This document shows, one piece after another, positions 20,976-33,733 of a DNA stretch of 64,000 nt. The notes under the pieces were generated by a model, which saw only the letters and a list, made by a program, of their open reading frames with translations, was not told the DNA's origin and ran no database searches. Positions within the stretch are counted from its first letter, which is position 1. Each line of letters opens with the position of its first letter. Origin of the DNA: an uncultured Pelagibacteraceae bacterium (GTDB lineage Bacteria > Pseudomonadota > Alphaproteobacteria > Pelagibacterales > Pelagibacteraceae); the NCBI GenBank assembly GCA_902591025.1, contig CACIZB010000004.1, positions 9,742 through 73,741 of the forward strand, written 5' to 3'. The translations under genes were made by a program, and so were the position numbers.

Positions 20976-22469
20976 ATGAAATTAATTGAACATTTTGTAG
21001 GTGGAAAAATAATTTCCGGAACTTCAGAAAAAAAAGGAAAAGTTTTTAATCCTGCTACTGGCGAACAAGAAAAGGAGGTAAGACTTGCTTCCTCTGCTGA
21101 CTTAGACCAAGCAGTAGAAACTGCAAAAAAAGCTTTTGAAACATGGTCATTAAAACCCTCACTTCAAAGAGCAAGGATAATGTTTAAATTTAAAGAGTTA
21201 ATTGAAAAAAATTCTGACGAACTTACACAGTTAATCGTTTCTGAACATGGAAAAGTTTATGAGGATGCAAAAGGTTCGTTAACTCGAGGATTAGAAGTCG
21301 TAGAATTTGCCTGTGGAATTCCACATTTACTAAAAGGAGAATTTTCAGAAAATGTAGGCACAGATGTCGATAGTTGGTCAATACGTCAGCCTCTAGGTGT
21401 TGTTGCTGGAATAACACCATTCAACTTTCCAGCTATGGTTCCAATGTGGATGTTCCCAATTGCCATCGCATGTGGAAATACATTTATATTAAAGCCATCA
21501 GAAAAAGATCCCTCTTGTGCAATAAGATTAGCAGAATTATTAAAAGAAGCCGGTCTTCCAGATGGTGTATTTAATGTGATAAATGGAGGCAAAGAAGCGG
21601 TGGACGCAATTTTAATTAATAGAGATATAAAAGCAGTAAGTTTTGTAGGCTCAACTCCAATAGCAAAATATATTTACGAAAATTCGGCAAAAAATGAAAA
21701 AAGAGTTCAGGCATTAGGTGGTGCTAAAAATCACTTAGTAGTAATGCCAGATTGTGATTTAGATGGTGCTGTTAATGGTTTAATGGGAGCTGCTTATGGC
21801 TCTGCCGGAGAGAGATGTATGGCACAGTCAGTTGCTGTGGCAGTTGGTGATATCGGAGATGAACTAGTTTCTAGATTATCAAAAAAAGTAGATTCTTTAA
21901 AAGTGGGACCAGGAATGGACAAAAATTCTGAAATGGGTCCTTTAGTTACTAAAGAACATTTAGAAAAAGTGAAAAGTTATGTTGATTTGGGTGTAAAGGA
22001 AGGTGCGAAATTAGTTATCGATGGAAGAAATTTAAAATTACAAGGATATGAGAATGGCTTTTACATTGGCGGTTGTTTATTTGATAATGTGATAAAAGAT
22101 ATGAGGATTTATAAAGAGGAAATATTTGGCCCAGTTCTATCAGTTGTTAGAGTTAAAACTTTTGAGGAAGCTTCAAAATTAATAAATGACCATGAATATG
22201 GAAATGGTGTAAGTATTTATACAAGAGATGGAGATGCAGGAAGAACATTTGCGAGCAAAATTCAAGTTGGAATGGTTGGTATTAATGTACCAATACCTGT
22301 GCCGATGGCTTTTCACAGTTTCGGTGGCTGGAAAAGATCTTTGTTTGGAGATAGTGCAATGCATGGTATGGAAGGAATAAAATTTTATACTAAATTAAAA
22401 ACAATAACCTCAAGATGGCCCTCAGGAATTAGATCAAACGCTGAATTTGTGATGCCAACAATGAAATAA
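20976..22469 (+). CDS. mmsA: CoA-acylating (methyl)malonate-semialdehyde dehydrogenase
   Basis: ITPFNFPAMVPMWMFP, KPSEKDP, GAKNH.VVMPD, AGERCMA, GMVGINVPIPVP. Confidence 0.92.
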   Translation: MKLIEHFVGGKIISGTSEKKGKVFNPATGEQEKEVRLASSADLDQAVETAKKAFETWSLKPSLQRARIMFKFKELIEKNSDELTQLIVSEHGKVYEDAKGSLTRGLEVVEFACGIPHLLKGEFSENVGTDVDSWSIRQPLGVVAGITPFNFPAMVPMWMFPIAIACGNTFILKPSEKDPSCAIRLAELLKEAGLPDGVFNVINGGKEAVDAILINRDIKAVSFVGSTPIAKYIYENSAKNEKRVQALGGAKNHLVVMPDCDLDGAVNGLMGAAYGSAGERCMAQSVAVAVGDIGDELVSRLSKKVDSLKVGPGMDKNSEMGPLVTKEHLEKVKSYVDLGVKEGAKLVIDGRNLKLQGYENGFYIGGCLFDNVIKDMRIYKEEIFGPVLSVVRVKTFEEASKLINDHEYGNGVSIYTRDGDAGRTFASKIQVGMVGINVPIPVPMAFHSFGGWKRSLFGDSAMHGMEGIKFYTKLKTITSRWPSGIRSNAEFVMPTMK

Positions 22470-22472
22470 TAA

Positions 22473-23437
<965 letters not shown>

Positions 23438-23438
<1 letters not shown>

Positions 23439-24598
23439 TGAACATACACGAGCATCAGGCAAAACAAATTTTAAAGAAATTTGGCGCAATTGTCCCTGAA
23501 GGTGTTTTTGGTTTTACAGTCGAAGAACTTTTAGAAAAATGTAAGTCACTAAAAACAGAAAAATATGTTTTAAAAGCACAAATTCATGCAGGTGGAAGAG
23601 GAAAAGCTGGAGGTGTTAAAATTTTGAATAGTCTTGAGGAACTAGAAAAATCTGCCAAAGAGCTTTTAGGAAAAAAATTAATTACCCATCAAACAGGACC
23701 TGAAGGAAGAGAAGTTAAAAGATTATATGTCGAAGCTTCATCAAATATTGAAAAAGAATTTTATTTATCATGTTTAATAGATAGATCTGCTTCCAAAATT
23801 GTATTTATTTCAAGTGATCAAGGTGGAATGGATATTGAGGATGTAGCAAGTAAATCACCAGAAAAAATTTTAAAAACTAAAGTAGAGTTGAAAGATGAAA
23901 TTTCAAATGAAAAATGTGAAAAAATTATTCAGATATTCAAATTAGAGAATAATTCTAAAAACGATGCGATATCTTTAATCAAATCAATTTATAAGATGTT
24001 TGTTGAGACCGATGCAAATATGGTTGAAATAAATCCTTTAATACTAACCAAAGAAAAAAAAATTATTTGTTTAGATGCGAAAGTTAATTTTGATAGTAAT
24101 GCTTTATTTAGACATCCTGAAATTTTAGAACTTAGAGATTTAAATGAGGAAGACCCAACCGAAATTGCAGCTAGTAAGCATGATCTAGCTTATATCAAAT
24201 TAGATGGTAGTATTGGATGTATGGTTAATGGAGCTGGATTAGCTATGGCTACAATGGATATAATTAAATTATATGGACAGGAGCCAGCAAATTTTTTAGA
24301 TGTTGGTGGGGGAGCTTCAAAGGAAAAGGTTTCAGCAGCCTTTAAAATAATTTTATCTGATAAAAATGTTAAGGGAATATTAATCAATATTTTTGGTGGT
24401 ATTATGCGATGTGATGTTCTAGCTCAAGGTGTTGTAGATGCTGCAAAAGAAATGAAAATAAATGTTCCTTTAGTAGTTAGACTAGCGGGAACAAATTTTA
24501 AAGAGGGAAAAGAAATATTAGATAATTCAGAGTTAAAATTAATTTCTGCTGAGAGTCTAGATGATGCAGCAAAAAAAATTGTTGAGGCAATAAAATAA
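23438..24598 (+). CDS. sucC: Succinyl-CoA synthetase beta subunit
   Basis: MNIHEHQAK, KAQIHAGGRGKAGG, NGAGLAMATMD. Confidence 0.98.
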
Positions 24599-25474
24599 AT
24601 GTCGGTTTTAGTTGATAAGAATACTAGATTAATCTGTCAAGGATTTACAGGTTCTCATGGAACTTTTCATTCTGAGCAAGCAATCAAATATGGAACAAAT
24701 TTAGTTGGAGGGGTGACACCGAAAAAAGGTGGTCAAAAACATTTAGATCTCCCAGTTTTTAATACAGTGGAAGAGGCAAAAAACTCTGAGGGTGCCAATG
24801 CAACAATGATATACGTTCCAGCCAAATTTGCAGCCTCAGCAATTATTGAAGCGATCGATGCATCTATAGAATTGATCGTATGTATAACTGAAGGAATTCC
24901 TATTCAAGATATGTTAAAAGTTAAACAGAAATTAAATAATTCAAAAAGTAGATTAATTGGCCCAAATTGTCCAGGAATAATCACTCCTGACGAGTGTAAA
25001 ATTGGTATAATGCCTGGTAGCATTCATAAAAAAGGAACAGTTGGAATAGTTTCAAGATCAGGAACTTTAACTTATGAGGCTGTGGCACAGACAACAGAAA
25101 ATGGTTTAGGACAATCTACCTGCATTGGTATTGGAGGGGATCCAATTAATGGAACTAATTTTATTGATTGTTTAGATTTATTTTTAAACGATGATAAGAC
25201 GCAATCGATCTTAATGATAGGGGAGATTGGTGGTACCGCAGAGGAAGAGGCAGCAGAATTTATCAAAAATCATAAAATAAAAAAACCAATTGTTGGATTT
25301 ATCGCTGGAATAACAGCTCCACCTGGTCGTAGAATGGGTCATGCGGGAGCAATTATATCTGGAGGAAAAGGTGGAGCCGAGGATAAAATCAAAAAAATGG
25401 AGGAGTCTGGAATTATAATTGCAAAATCTCCATCTATAATTGGGAAAACTCTCTTAAACAAACTGTCTAATTGA
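24599..25474 (+). CDS. sucD: Succinyl-CoA synthetase alpha subunit
   Basis: [20 protein letters not shown]. Confidence 0.98.
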   Translation: MSVLVDKNTRLICQGFTGSHGTFHSEQAIKYGTNLVGGVTPKKGGQKHLDLPVFNTVEEAKNSEGANATMIYVPAKFAASAIIEAIDASIELIVCITEGIPIQDMLKVKQKLNNSKSRLIGPNCPGIITPDECKIGIMPGSIHKKGTVGIVSRSGTLTYEAVAQTTENGLGQSTCIGIGGDPINGTNFIDCLDLFLNDDKTQSILMIGEIGGTAEEEAAEFIKNHKIKKPIVGFIAGITAPPGRRMGHAGAIISGGKGGAEDKIKKMEESGIIIAKSPSIIGKTLLNKLSN

Positions 25475-25506
25475 AAAATTTTTTACTAGGTTTATATTAT
25501 TAATTA

Positions 25507-28380
25507 ATGTCTTCGTCTAAAAACATTGAATATCAAAAAACAGCATTTTTAAACAAATCAAATAGTACATTCATTGAGGAAATGTATTTAAAATTTATAA
25601 ATAATGATCCGACTTTACCAACTAGTTGGAAAAAATACTTTAGTGAAATTGGAGATAACTCAGAGACTGTTGTAAAAGAAATTAATGGACCTTCTTGGAA
25701 TCCAGCTCAAAAATTTACTGTCAAAAAACATCAAAATCAAACAAGTGAAGATGAAAAATTTAGTGAAGTTGGAATTACTGAGTCTAACTCAAATTCAATA
25801 AAAGCAGTGGCTATGATTAGATCTTATAGACAAAGAGGACACTTAATTGCTAAACTCGATCCATTAGGCTTATTAAAATCAGATTACCTCGAAGAACTTC
25901 ATCCAGAATTTTATGGATTTAAAAAAGAGGATTACCAAAAAAAAATTTTTTTAGACGGTGTTATTAATAAAGAATATTCAAATGTTAAAGAAATAATTGA
26001 GTTTCTTAGAAAAAAATATTGTGGCTCAATAGGATATGAATATATGTACATCGCCAACCCAACTGAAAGAAAGTGGTTTAGAGATAGAGTTGAACAGGCG
26101 GATGATTTTAAATTTACTTCTAATGGTAAAAAAGCAATATTAAATAAATTAATTCAAGCAGAAGGTTTTGAAAAATTTTTACATACTAAATACGTTGGTA
26201 CAAAAAGATTTGGCCTTGATGGTGGTGAAAGCTTGATTCCAGCTCTGGAGCAAATAATTAAAATTGGAGGTCAATCAAAAATAAAAGAAGTCAAAATTGG
26301 AATGTCACATAGAGGACGACTTAATGTATTGGCTAATGTTTTACAAAAATCATATAAAAGAATTTTCAACGAATTCGCTGGTGAAATAAGTTCAAAATCT
26401 GAGGATGATACTGGAGATGTTAAATACCATTTGGGAGCCTCTTCAAACAGGGAGTTTGATGGAAATTTAGTGCATGTAAGCTTGACCGATAACCCATCTC
26501 ATTTGGAAGCAGTTAATCCTGTTGTGCTCGGACAAACAAGAGCTAAACAATTTTTTCATAAAGATAAAGAGAGAAAAAAAGTGATTCCAATATTAATTCA
26601 TGGAGATGCAGCTTTCGCAGGGCAAGGTGTAGTAGCAGAGTGTTTTGCTATGTCTGGCTTACCAGGGCATAATACTGGTGGAACAATTCATATAATTATT
26701 AATAATCAAATTGGTTTCACTACTAGTCCAAGATTTGCTAGATCTTCCCCTTACCCATCTGATATTGCAAAAATGGTGGAAGCTCCAATAATACATGTTA
26801 ATGGTGATGACCCCGAGGCCGTTGTCTATGCTGCGAGAATAGCAACAGATTTTCGATTAAAATTCAATAGAGATGTAGTTATTGATTTAATTTGCTATAG
26901 AAGATTTGGTCATAACGAGGGAGACGAACCTTCTTTTACACAGCCTTTAATGTATAAAAAGATTCGTTCGCATCCTTCGCCTATTAAAGTTTATGGTGAA
27001 AAACTTGTTAAAGAGGGTTCAATCACAGATGATTTTTTAAACAGTGAAATTAAAAATTTTAAAGACTTATTAGATGATCAGTATAAAAATGCAAAAGATT
27101 ACAAACCAAAAATAGAGTGGTTTGAGGGTACGTGGTCTCGATATAAACCTGAAAAAGGAAAAGATAAAAGGGGTACTACAGGTTCTGATTTAAAAAAACT
27201 TAAAGAGATATCTAACAAGATAAATACCATCCCTGAAAAAATGAATATACATAAAACTATTTCAAAAATTATGGAAAACAGAAAGTTGTCTGTTATTAAC
27301 GAAAAAAAGATAGATTGGTCAACAGCTGAAGCTTTAGCTTTTGGATCTTTGTTAGAAGAGGGTTACCCTGTTAGATTAGTTGGACAAGACTCAGGAAGAG
27401 GGACATTTAGTCAAAGACACTCTGTTTTAAGAAATCAAATGGATAATTCAAGATATATCCCTTTAAATAATATCTCAAAAACTCAGAAAAACTTTGAAAT
27501 TGTTGATAGTTTTTTATCAGAACTAGCTGTTTTGGGTTTTGAGTATGGTTATAGCCTAGTTGAACCCAACACACTTACAATTTGGGAAGCTCAATTTGGT
27601 GATTTTGCAAATGGTGCTCAAGTAGTAATTGACCAATTTATTACGTCTGGAGAAAGGAAGTGGTCCAGGGCCTCAGGCTTAGTAATGTTGTTACCTCATG
27701 GATATGAAGGTCAAGGTCCAGAACATTCATCAGCAAGATTGGAAAGATTTTTACAATTATGTTCAAATGACAATATTCAAGTGATGAATTGCACAACACC
27801 TGCAAATTATTTTCATGCTTTAAGGAGACAGATGCATAGAGATTTTAGAAAACCATTGGTAATCATGACACCAAAGTCTTTATTGAGACATAAACATTGC
27901 GTTTCAAATATCGAGGATTTTAGCAAGGAAAATTCCTTCCATAGAGTGTTATGGGATCATGCAATGGATCCTAAAGTTAAAGGATTTATAAAATTAGAAA
28001 GACAAAAAAAAATCAAAAAGGTAATATTATGTTCGGGTAAAATCTATTTTGACTTACTTGAGGCAAGAGAAAAGTTAAAAAGAGACAACGTTATATTCTA
28101 TAGAATTGAGCAGCTTTATCCTTTTCCAGCAAAGGCACTTGCAAAAGAGCTTAAGCCATACGCGAAAAATGCCAGTTTCTACTGGTGTCAAGAGGAACCT
28201 AAAAATATGGGTGCTTGGTTTTCTGTTCGAGATTATATCCAATGGACATTAGATAACATTAAGGCTAATAATAAAGGAGTTTCTTATATTGGAAGAAGTC
28301 CAGATGCATCACCTGCAACAGGATATGCTAAAAGACATATTTCTCAACAACAAGAAATTATTAATAAAGTTTTTGAATAA
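25507..28380 (+). CDS. sucA: 2-oxoglutarate dehydrogenase E1
   Basis: GDVKYHLG, HGDAAFAGQG, GHNEGDEP, WEAQFGDF. Confidence 0.98.
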   Translation: MSSSKNIEYQKTAFLNKSNSTFIEEMYLKFINNDPTLPTSWKKYFSEIGDNSETVVKEINGPSWNPAQKFTVKKHQNQTSEDEKFSEVGITESNSNSIKAVAMIRSYRQRGHLIAKLDPLGLLKSDYLEELHPEFYGFKKEDYQKKIFLDGVINKEYSNVKEIIEFLRKKYCGSIGYEYMYIANPTERKWFRDRVEQADDFKFTSNGKKAILNKLIQAEGFEKFLHTKYVGTKRFGLDGGESLIPALEQIIKIGGQSKIKEVKIGMSHRGRLNVLANVLQKSYKRIFNEFAGEISSKSEDDTGDVKYHLGASSNREFDGNLVHVSLTDNPSHLEAVNPVVLGQTRAKQFFHKDKERKKVIPILIHGDAAFAGQGVVAECFAMSGLPGHNTGGTIHIIINNQIGFTTSPRFARSSPYPSDIAKMVEAPIIHVNGDDPEAVVYAARIATDFRLKFNRDVVIDLICYRRFGHNEGDEPSFTQPLMYKKIRSHPSPIKVYGEKLVKEGSITDDFLNSEIKNFKDLLDDQYKNAKDYKPKIEWFEGTWSRYKPEKGKDKRGTTGSDLKKLKEISNKINTIPEKMNIHKTISKIMENRKLSVINEKKIDWSTAEALAFGSLLEEGYPVRLVGQDSGRGTFSQRHSVLRNQMDNSRYIPLNNISKTQKNFEIVDSFLSELAVLGFEYGYSLVEPNTLTIWEAQFGDFANGAQVVIDQFITSGERKWSRASGLVMLLPHGYEGQGPEHSSARLERFLQLCSNDNIQVMNCTTPANYFHALRRQMHRDFRKPLVIMTPKSLLRHKHCVSNIEDFSKENSFHRVLWDHAMDPKVKGFIKLERQKKIKKVILCSGKIYFDLLEAREKLKRDNVIFYRIEQLYPFPAKALAKELKPYAKNASFYWCQEEPKNMGAWFSVRDYIQWTLDNIKANNKGVSYIGRSPDASPATGYAKRHISQQQEIINKVFE

Positions 28381-28386
28381 ATTGTA

Positions 28387-29688
28387 ATGGAAGAAAAAAT
28401 TCTAGTTCCAGTTCTTGGTGAAAGTATCACAGAGGCTACAGTTTCAAAGTGGTTAAAAAATGAAGGGGACAATGTGGATGCCGATGAACCCTTAGTTGAA
28501 CTCGAAACCGATAAGGTAAATTTAGAAGTACCTTCACCAGTTTCAGGGGTATTGAAAAAGATAAATTCAAAAGATGGTACTACTGTTGAGGTTGGAGCTC
28601 TGCTAGGGCTTGTTGTTGAAAGCGCAGGTCACTCAGAAAAGATTAAAAAAATTGAAAAAATAAAACCGACAACAAAAAAAGATAATATTATCGAACTAGA
28701 TCTAGAGAAAGAAAAAAAAGAGGAACCAAAAATTTTTGATAAAATTTCAAATGAAGTTGAAGAAAAAGAAAAACCATTAGTTTTAACTAAAGAAATTAAA
28801 GAAGACAAATTTTTAGACGATGATAATAAAAATCAAAATTTATCACCAGCAGTCAGAAAAATGGTTGCAGAAAATAAAATAGATATCAATACTATTGAAG
28901 GATCTGGAAAAGACGGAAGAGTTCTAAAAGGTGATCTAATCAATTTAATGGGAGTTAATCCACCACCTTCTGAAAGAAAGATGAAGTATGGTCAGGAGGA
29001 AAGAATTAAAATGACAAGGTTGAGACAGACAATAGCCAAAAGATTAAAACAAGCACAGGACAACGCAGCTCTTTTAACGACTTTTAATGAAGTAGATATG
29101 ACAAATATTATGGAAATGAGAAAAGAAAACCAGGAAGATTTTCAAAATCGCTATGGTGTTAAATTAGGTTTTATGTCTTTTTTTGTTAAATCTTGTGTTG
29201 TAGCATTGAAGAATTTTCCAGCAGTAAACGCAGAGATTGAGGGAGACGAGATAATTTATAAAAATTATTACAATATCAGTTTTGCAGTCGGAACTGATAA
29301 GGGTTTAGTTGTCCCTGTTTTAAAAAATGCTGATGAATTATCTTTTGCTGATATTGAAAAAAATATTAAACAAATTTCTGAAAAAGCTAGAGATGGAAAA
29401 CTTACAATTGAAGACCTTCAGGGAGGAACTTTTACAATAAGTAATGGTGGAGTATATGGCTCTATGCTCTCAACCCCTATATTAAATTTACCTCAATCAG
29501 GAGTATTAGGTATGCACAATATAGTTGAGAGACCTATAGTAATTAATGGTGAAATTAAGATTAGACCCATTATGTACCTAGCATTATCTTATGATCATAG
29601 AATTATTGATGGAAAAGACTCAGTTTCATTTTTAAAGATGATAAAAGAAAATTTAGAGAATCCAAGAAGGTTGTTTTTAGGTATTTAA
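28387..29688 (+). CDS. sucB: Dihydrolipoyllysine succinyltransferase E2
   Basis: Lipoyl motif ETDKV and catalytic motif YDHRIIDG. Confidence 0.97.
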   Translation: MEEKILVPVLGESITEATVSKWLKNEGDNVDADEPLVELETDKVNLEVPSPVSGVLKKINSKDGTTVEVGALLGLVVESAGHSEKIKKIEKIKPTTKKDNIIELDLEKEKKEEPKIFDKISNEVEEKEKPLVLTKEIKEDKFLDDDNKNQNLSPAVRKMVAENKIDINTIEGSGKDGRVLKGDLINLMGVNPPPSERKMKYGQEERIKMTRLRQTIAKRLKQAQDNAALLTTFNEVDMTNIMEMRKENQEDFQNRYGVKLGFMSFFVKSCVVALKNFPAVNAEIEGDEIIYKNYYNISFAVGTDKGLVVPVLKNADELSFADIEKNIKQISEKARDGKLTIEDLQGGTFTISNGGVYGSMLSTPILNLPQSGVLGMHNIVERPIVINGEIKIRPIMYLALSYDHRIIDGKDSVSFLKMIKENLENPRRLFLGI

Positions 29689-31089
29689 ATGGAAAATAAA
29701 TTTCAAGCGGTTGTTATTGGTGGTGGTCCAGGAGGATATGTATGCGCTATAAGACTAGCTCAATTAGGTATAAAAACTGCGTGTATAGAGTCTAGAGGCT
29801 CATTGGGGGGCACTTGTCTTAATATCGGCTGTATACCATCTAAAAGTTTATTAAATTTATCAGAAGAATTTCATAAAGTAAAAAATTTATCCAGCAAAGG
29901 AATTGATATAGGTGATGTAAGATTAAACTTATCAAAAATGATGAAAAATAAGGACAAAGCAGTTTCTATTTTGACAAAAGGAGTTGAGTTTCTCTTAAAA
30001 AAAAATAATGTCACTTACTTTAAAGGCACAGGAAGCTTTAAATCAAAAAATGAAATTTCTATTAAAGATGACAAGCAAAAAGAAACTTTGATAAAAACTG
30101 ATAAAGTAATAATTGCAACAGGCTCGGTGCCAGTATCTTTACCAGGAATTGAATTTGATGAGAACGTGATTGTTTCATCTACAGGTGCCTTGGAACTAAA
30201 AAAAGTACCAAAAAAAATGATAGTTGTGGGAGGTGGTTATATCGGACTAGAAATGGGCTCAGTCTGGTCAAGACTAGGCGCAGAAGTTCATGTTGTTGAA
30301 TTTTTAGACCATATTACACCAGGTATGGATAGGGAGATCTCTAATGAATTTATGAAAATTTTAAGGAAACAAGGAATTAATTTTCATATGCAGCATAAAG
30401 TTGAAAAAATCATAAAAAGTAATGTGGGTGCTAAAGTTTTAACAAAAGATAAAGATGGTAATAAAAAAGATTTTGAGTGTGATGTGGTATTAATTTCTGT
30501 AGGTAGAAAACCAAATACCTCAGGACTTCACCTTGAAAAAATTGGAATCGAATTAGATGAAAAAAAAAGAGTAAAAACTAATAAGAGTTTTCGGACTAAC
30601 TTAGATAACGTGTACGCTATTGGTGATGTAATTACAGGCCCAATGTTAGCTCATAAAGCTGAGGATGAGGGGATTGCTGTAGCGGAAATTATCGCAGGTC
30701 AGTCTGGTCATGTTAATTATGATACTATTCCAGGAGTTGTTTATACAACTCCCGAAGTTGCATCTATAGGAAAGACTGAAGAACAATTAAAAGAAAAAAA
30801 TATCAAATATAAAATAGGTAAATTTTCATTTATGGCAAACTCCAGGGCAAAAGCGATAGATGATACAGAAGGTTTTGTAAAAATTTTAGCTGATGAAAAA
30901 ACCGACAAGGTGCTTGGAGCACATCTCATTGGCCCTCATGTTGGTGAGTTAATTGGAGAAATAGGTGTTGCTATGGAGTTTGGGGCTAGTTCAGAAGATA
31001 TAGCCAGAACATGCCATGCTCACCCCACTTTTTCTGAAGCAGTCAAAGAAGCAGCATTATCTGTAGATAAAAGAGCAATACACTCTTAA
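29689..31089 (+). CDS. lpdA: Dihydrolipoyl dehydrogenase E3
   Basis: GGGPGGY, GGTCLNIGCIPSK, HAHPT. Confidence 0.97.
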   Translation: MENKFQAVVIGGGPGGYVCAIRLAQLGIKTACIESRGSLGGTCLNIGCIPSKSLLNLSEEFHKVKNLSSKGIDIGDVRLNLSKMMKNKDKAVSILTKGVEFLLKKNNVTYFKGTGSFKSKNEISIKDDKQKETLIKTDKVIIATGSVPVSLPGIEFDENVIVSSTGALELKKVPKKMIVVGGGYIGLEMGSVWSRLGAEVHVVEFLDHITPGMDREISNEFMKILRKQGINFHMQHKVEKIIKSNVGAKVLTKDKDGNKKDFECDVVLISVGRKPNTSGLHLEKIGIELDEKKRVKTNKSFRTNLDNVYAIGDVITGPMLAHKAEDEGIAVAEIIAGQSGHVNYDTIPGVVYTTPEVASIGKTEEQLKEKNIKYKIGKFSFMANSRAKAIDDTEGFVKILADEKTDKVLGAHLIGPHVGELIGEIGVAMEFGASSEDIARTCHAHPTFSEAVKEAALSVDKRAIHS

Positions 31090-31111
31090 AATATTTTCAT
31101 ATTATAAAAAT

Positions 31112-33067
31112 ATGAAGTTTCCGATTCTTTTACCAAATATCTTTGATCATCCATTTACTTATGAAAGTGACAAAAATTTAAAAGTAGGTGATTACGTAAA
31201 AGTGCCTTTTGGTAAGTCAAAGATAACAGGAGTTGTTTGGAATGAATTTGAAAAAAAAAATAGTAAAAACTTTAAGTTAAAAACTGTTTTAAAAAAACTA
31301 AATGTTACACCACTTAAAGAGACAACTATAAAGTTTCTTAATTGGTTTGCTGAATATAATATTATCCCGAAGGGAATGGCTTTAAAACTTGTTTTATTAA
31401 GTAATAATGCAGTAGAAAAATTTCAAAGTGACACTTTTAAAGATTTCAATACTGATATTAAGACAAATTTAATTCAGCTGTCTGAGGAACAAAAAAATTC
31501 TTTAAAAAAAATGAATATATCAAATGATAAATTTAGAGTTCATGTTCTTCAAGGTACAACAGGTTCAGGTAAAACTATGGTTTATTTTTCAGGCTTGAAA
31601 GAAATTATAAACAAAGGATTTCAAGGTTTAATATTATTGCCTGAAATAGGTTTAACAAGTCAATTTGAAAAAAAGTTTTTAGAATTTTTTGGAAATAGAC
31701 CAGCAATTTGGCATTCTGGTATTTCAAAAAAAAAGAAAGAAGTTATTTGGAGTGGAGTCGCTAACGGAGAAATTAAAGTTGTAATAGGAGCGAGGTCATC
31801 TTTATTTTTACCATTTAAAAAATTAGGTTTAATCATTGTTGATGAAGAGCATGACCAATCATATAAACAAGATGAAGGACTCACCTATAATGCGAGAGAT
31901 ATGGCAATCTCTAGAGCTTTATTTGAAGACATTCCGATTAATTTAATTACTGCTGTTCCATCAATTGAAACATATGAAAATGTACAAAAAGGTAAATACA
32001 GTATCTCTAACTTAGAAAAGCGTTATAAAGATGCATCCTTACCAAATTTTGAAATAATTAATCTCAATGAAACTAAATTAGAAAAACAGTCTTGGCTTTC
32101 AAAAAAAATAATAGAAAAAGTAAATTTTCATCTCGAGAAAAATGATCAAGTATTATTTTTTTTAAATCGACGTGGATTTTCACCACATGTGTTGTGCAAA
32201 AAATGTTTTAAAAGTTATTCATGTCCTAATTGTTCAATTAATTTAGTTTATCATAAAAATAAGGGAAATTTGTTGTGCCATTATTGTGGTTTTGTAAGAT
32301 CTTTGAAAAGAACTTGCACAAAAAATGGAACTTGTGAAATTATTTTTAGTGGCCCAGGTGTTGAACGAATATCTGAAGAGGTAAAAAAAAAATTTCCATC
32401 AAAGAAAATTGAAATTTTTTCAAGTGATACAATGAATAAAAAGGACTCTGTAAATAAATTAGAAAAAATTATTAATAATCAAGTTCAAATTCTAGTCGGC
32501 ACACAATTAATTTCAAAAGGGTTTCATTTTCCGAATTTAAATTGTATCGTAGTAGTTGATATTGATCTTTCAGCACATGGGCATGATTTAAGGGGTGCTG
32601 AAAAAAATTTACAATTATATCACCAGCTTTCTGGACGAGCAGGAAGAACAGGTAAGCCAGCAACAGTATATTTTCAAACTTATCATAATAATTATAAGAT
32701 GATCTCAGAATTAACTAATAATAATCCAAATATTTTTCTAGATAGAGAGCTAAATATTAGAAAAAAAAATAAGCTTCCGCCATTTCAAAGGTTTATTTCA
32801 TTAATTCTAACTGGAGATAATGAAGTAAAATTAGAAAAAGAAGCATATAAGTTTAAAACTTATATAGAAAGCAAATTAACTGGAAGAATTTTAGGCCCAG
32901 TTAATGCTCCGATATTTAGATTAAAAAAAAGATTTAGAATTAGACTGTTAATTAGAGGAGCAAAAACATTAAAATTACAAAAATCATTGGCTAATGCTAT
33001 CCCAAATTACAAATTTCAACCTGGAATAAAACTTTCAGTTGATGTTGATCCAATAAATTTCAATTAA
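31112..33067 (+). CDS. priA: Primosomal protein N'
   Basis: GTTGSGKT, DEEHD, Cys-rich zinc motifs, GRAGR, VDVDP. Confidence 0.96.
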   Translation: MKFPILLPNIFDHPFTYESDKNLKVGDYVKVPFGKSKITGVVWNEFEKKNSKNFKLKTVLKKLNVTPLKETTIKFLNWFAEYNIIPKGMALKLVLLSNNAVEKFQSDTFKDFNTDIKTNLIQLSEEQKNSLKKMNISNDKFRVHVLQGTTGSGKTMVYFSGLKEIINKGFQGLILLPEIGLTSQFEKKFLEFFGNRPAIWHSGISKKKKEVIWSGVANGEIKVVIGARSSLFLPFKKLGLIIVDEEHDQSYKQDEGLTYNARDMAISRALFEDIPINLITAVPSIETYENVQKGKYSISNLEKRYKDASLPNFEIINLNETKLEKQSWLSKKIIEKVNFHLEKNDQVLFFLNRRGFSPHVLCKKCFKSYSCPNCSINLVYHKNKGNLLCHYCGFVRSLKRTCTKNGTCEIIFSGPGVERISEEVKKKFPSKKIEIFSSDTMNKKDSVNKLEKIINNQVQILVGTQLISKGFHFPNLNCIVVVDIDLSAHGHDLRGAEKNLQLYHQLSGRAGRTGKPATVYFQTYHNNYKMISELTNNNPNIFLDRELNIRKKNKLPPFQRFISLILTGDNEVKLEKEAYKFKTYIESKLTGRILGPVNAPIFRLKKRFRIRLLIRGAKTLKLQKSLANAIPNYKFQPGIKLSVDVDPINFN

Positions 33068-33175
33068 CCCTAAAAAAACCCACATTTAACTGAATGTGTT
33101 ACTTGAAGACGCAAAGGTCATATGCTAATTAAAACGTGATTTTTAAATAATCTTCATTATTACACAGGAACTAAA

Positions 33176-33733
33176 GTGAGTAAGAATACAGAATTTTCAA
33201 TCACATCAGCTGAAAGATACTCTCTTGCGCTTTTTGAACTTTCTGAAGAAACCAAATTATTAAGCCAGATAGAAAAAGATGTTACATCTATGTTAAATTT
33301 GATTCATCAAAGCAATGATTTTAGTAATTTAGTTAAAGATCCTACTATTAAACAAGATGATTTGTTAAATGTAATAAACACAATCACTGAGACTTATAAA
33401 TTTGATAAATTATTTAAAAATTTTTTGAGTTTTTTGATTAAAAAAAGACGCTTTTTTTTTGTTGAACATATACTTGAAAGTTTCATTGAGACTTGTTCAA
33501 GGAAACGAGGTGAACTTAGAGCAGAATTAAAATCAGCAAAAAATTTATCAAGTGATGAAATATCACAAATTACAGAGGTGTTATCGAAAAATTTTAACTC
33601 AAAAATAAAATTAAACTTCAAACATGATGAAAGTTTGATAGGAGGTTTAGTAGTGCAAGTTGGAAGTACTATGGTAGATACGTCAATAAAAAATAAATTA
33701 CGACAAATAGAAAATACAATGATAGAGGCATAA
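33176..33733 (+). CDS. atpH: F1 ATP synthase delta subunit
   Basis: A.RYSLALF and LIGGLVVQVGS..VD.S. GTG start. Confidence 0.95.
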   Translation: MSKNTEFSITSAERYSLALFELSEETKLLSQIEKDVTSMLNLIHQSNDFSNLVKDPTIKQDDLLNVINTITETYKFDKLFKNFLSFLIKKRRFFFVEHILESFIETCSRKRGELRAELKSAKNLSSDEISQITEVLSKNFNSKIKLNFKHDESLIGGLVVQVGSTMVDTSIKNKLRQIENTMIEA

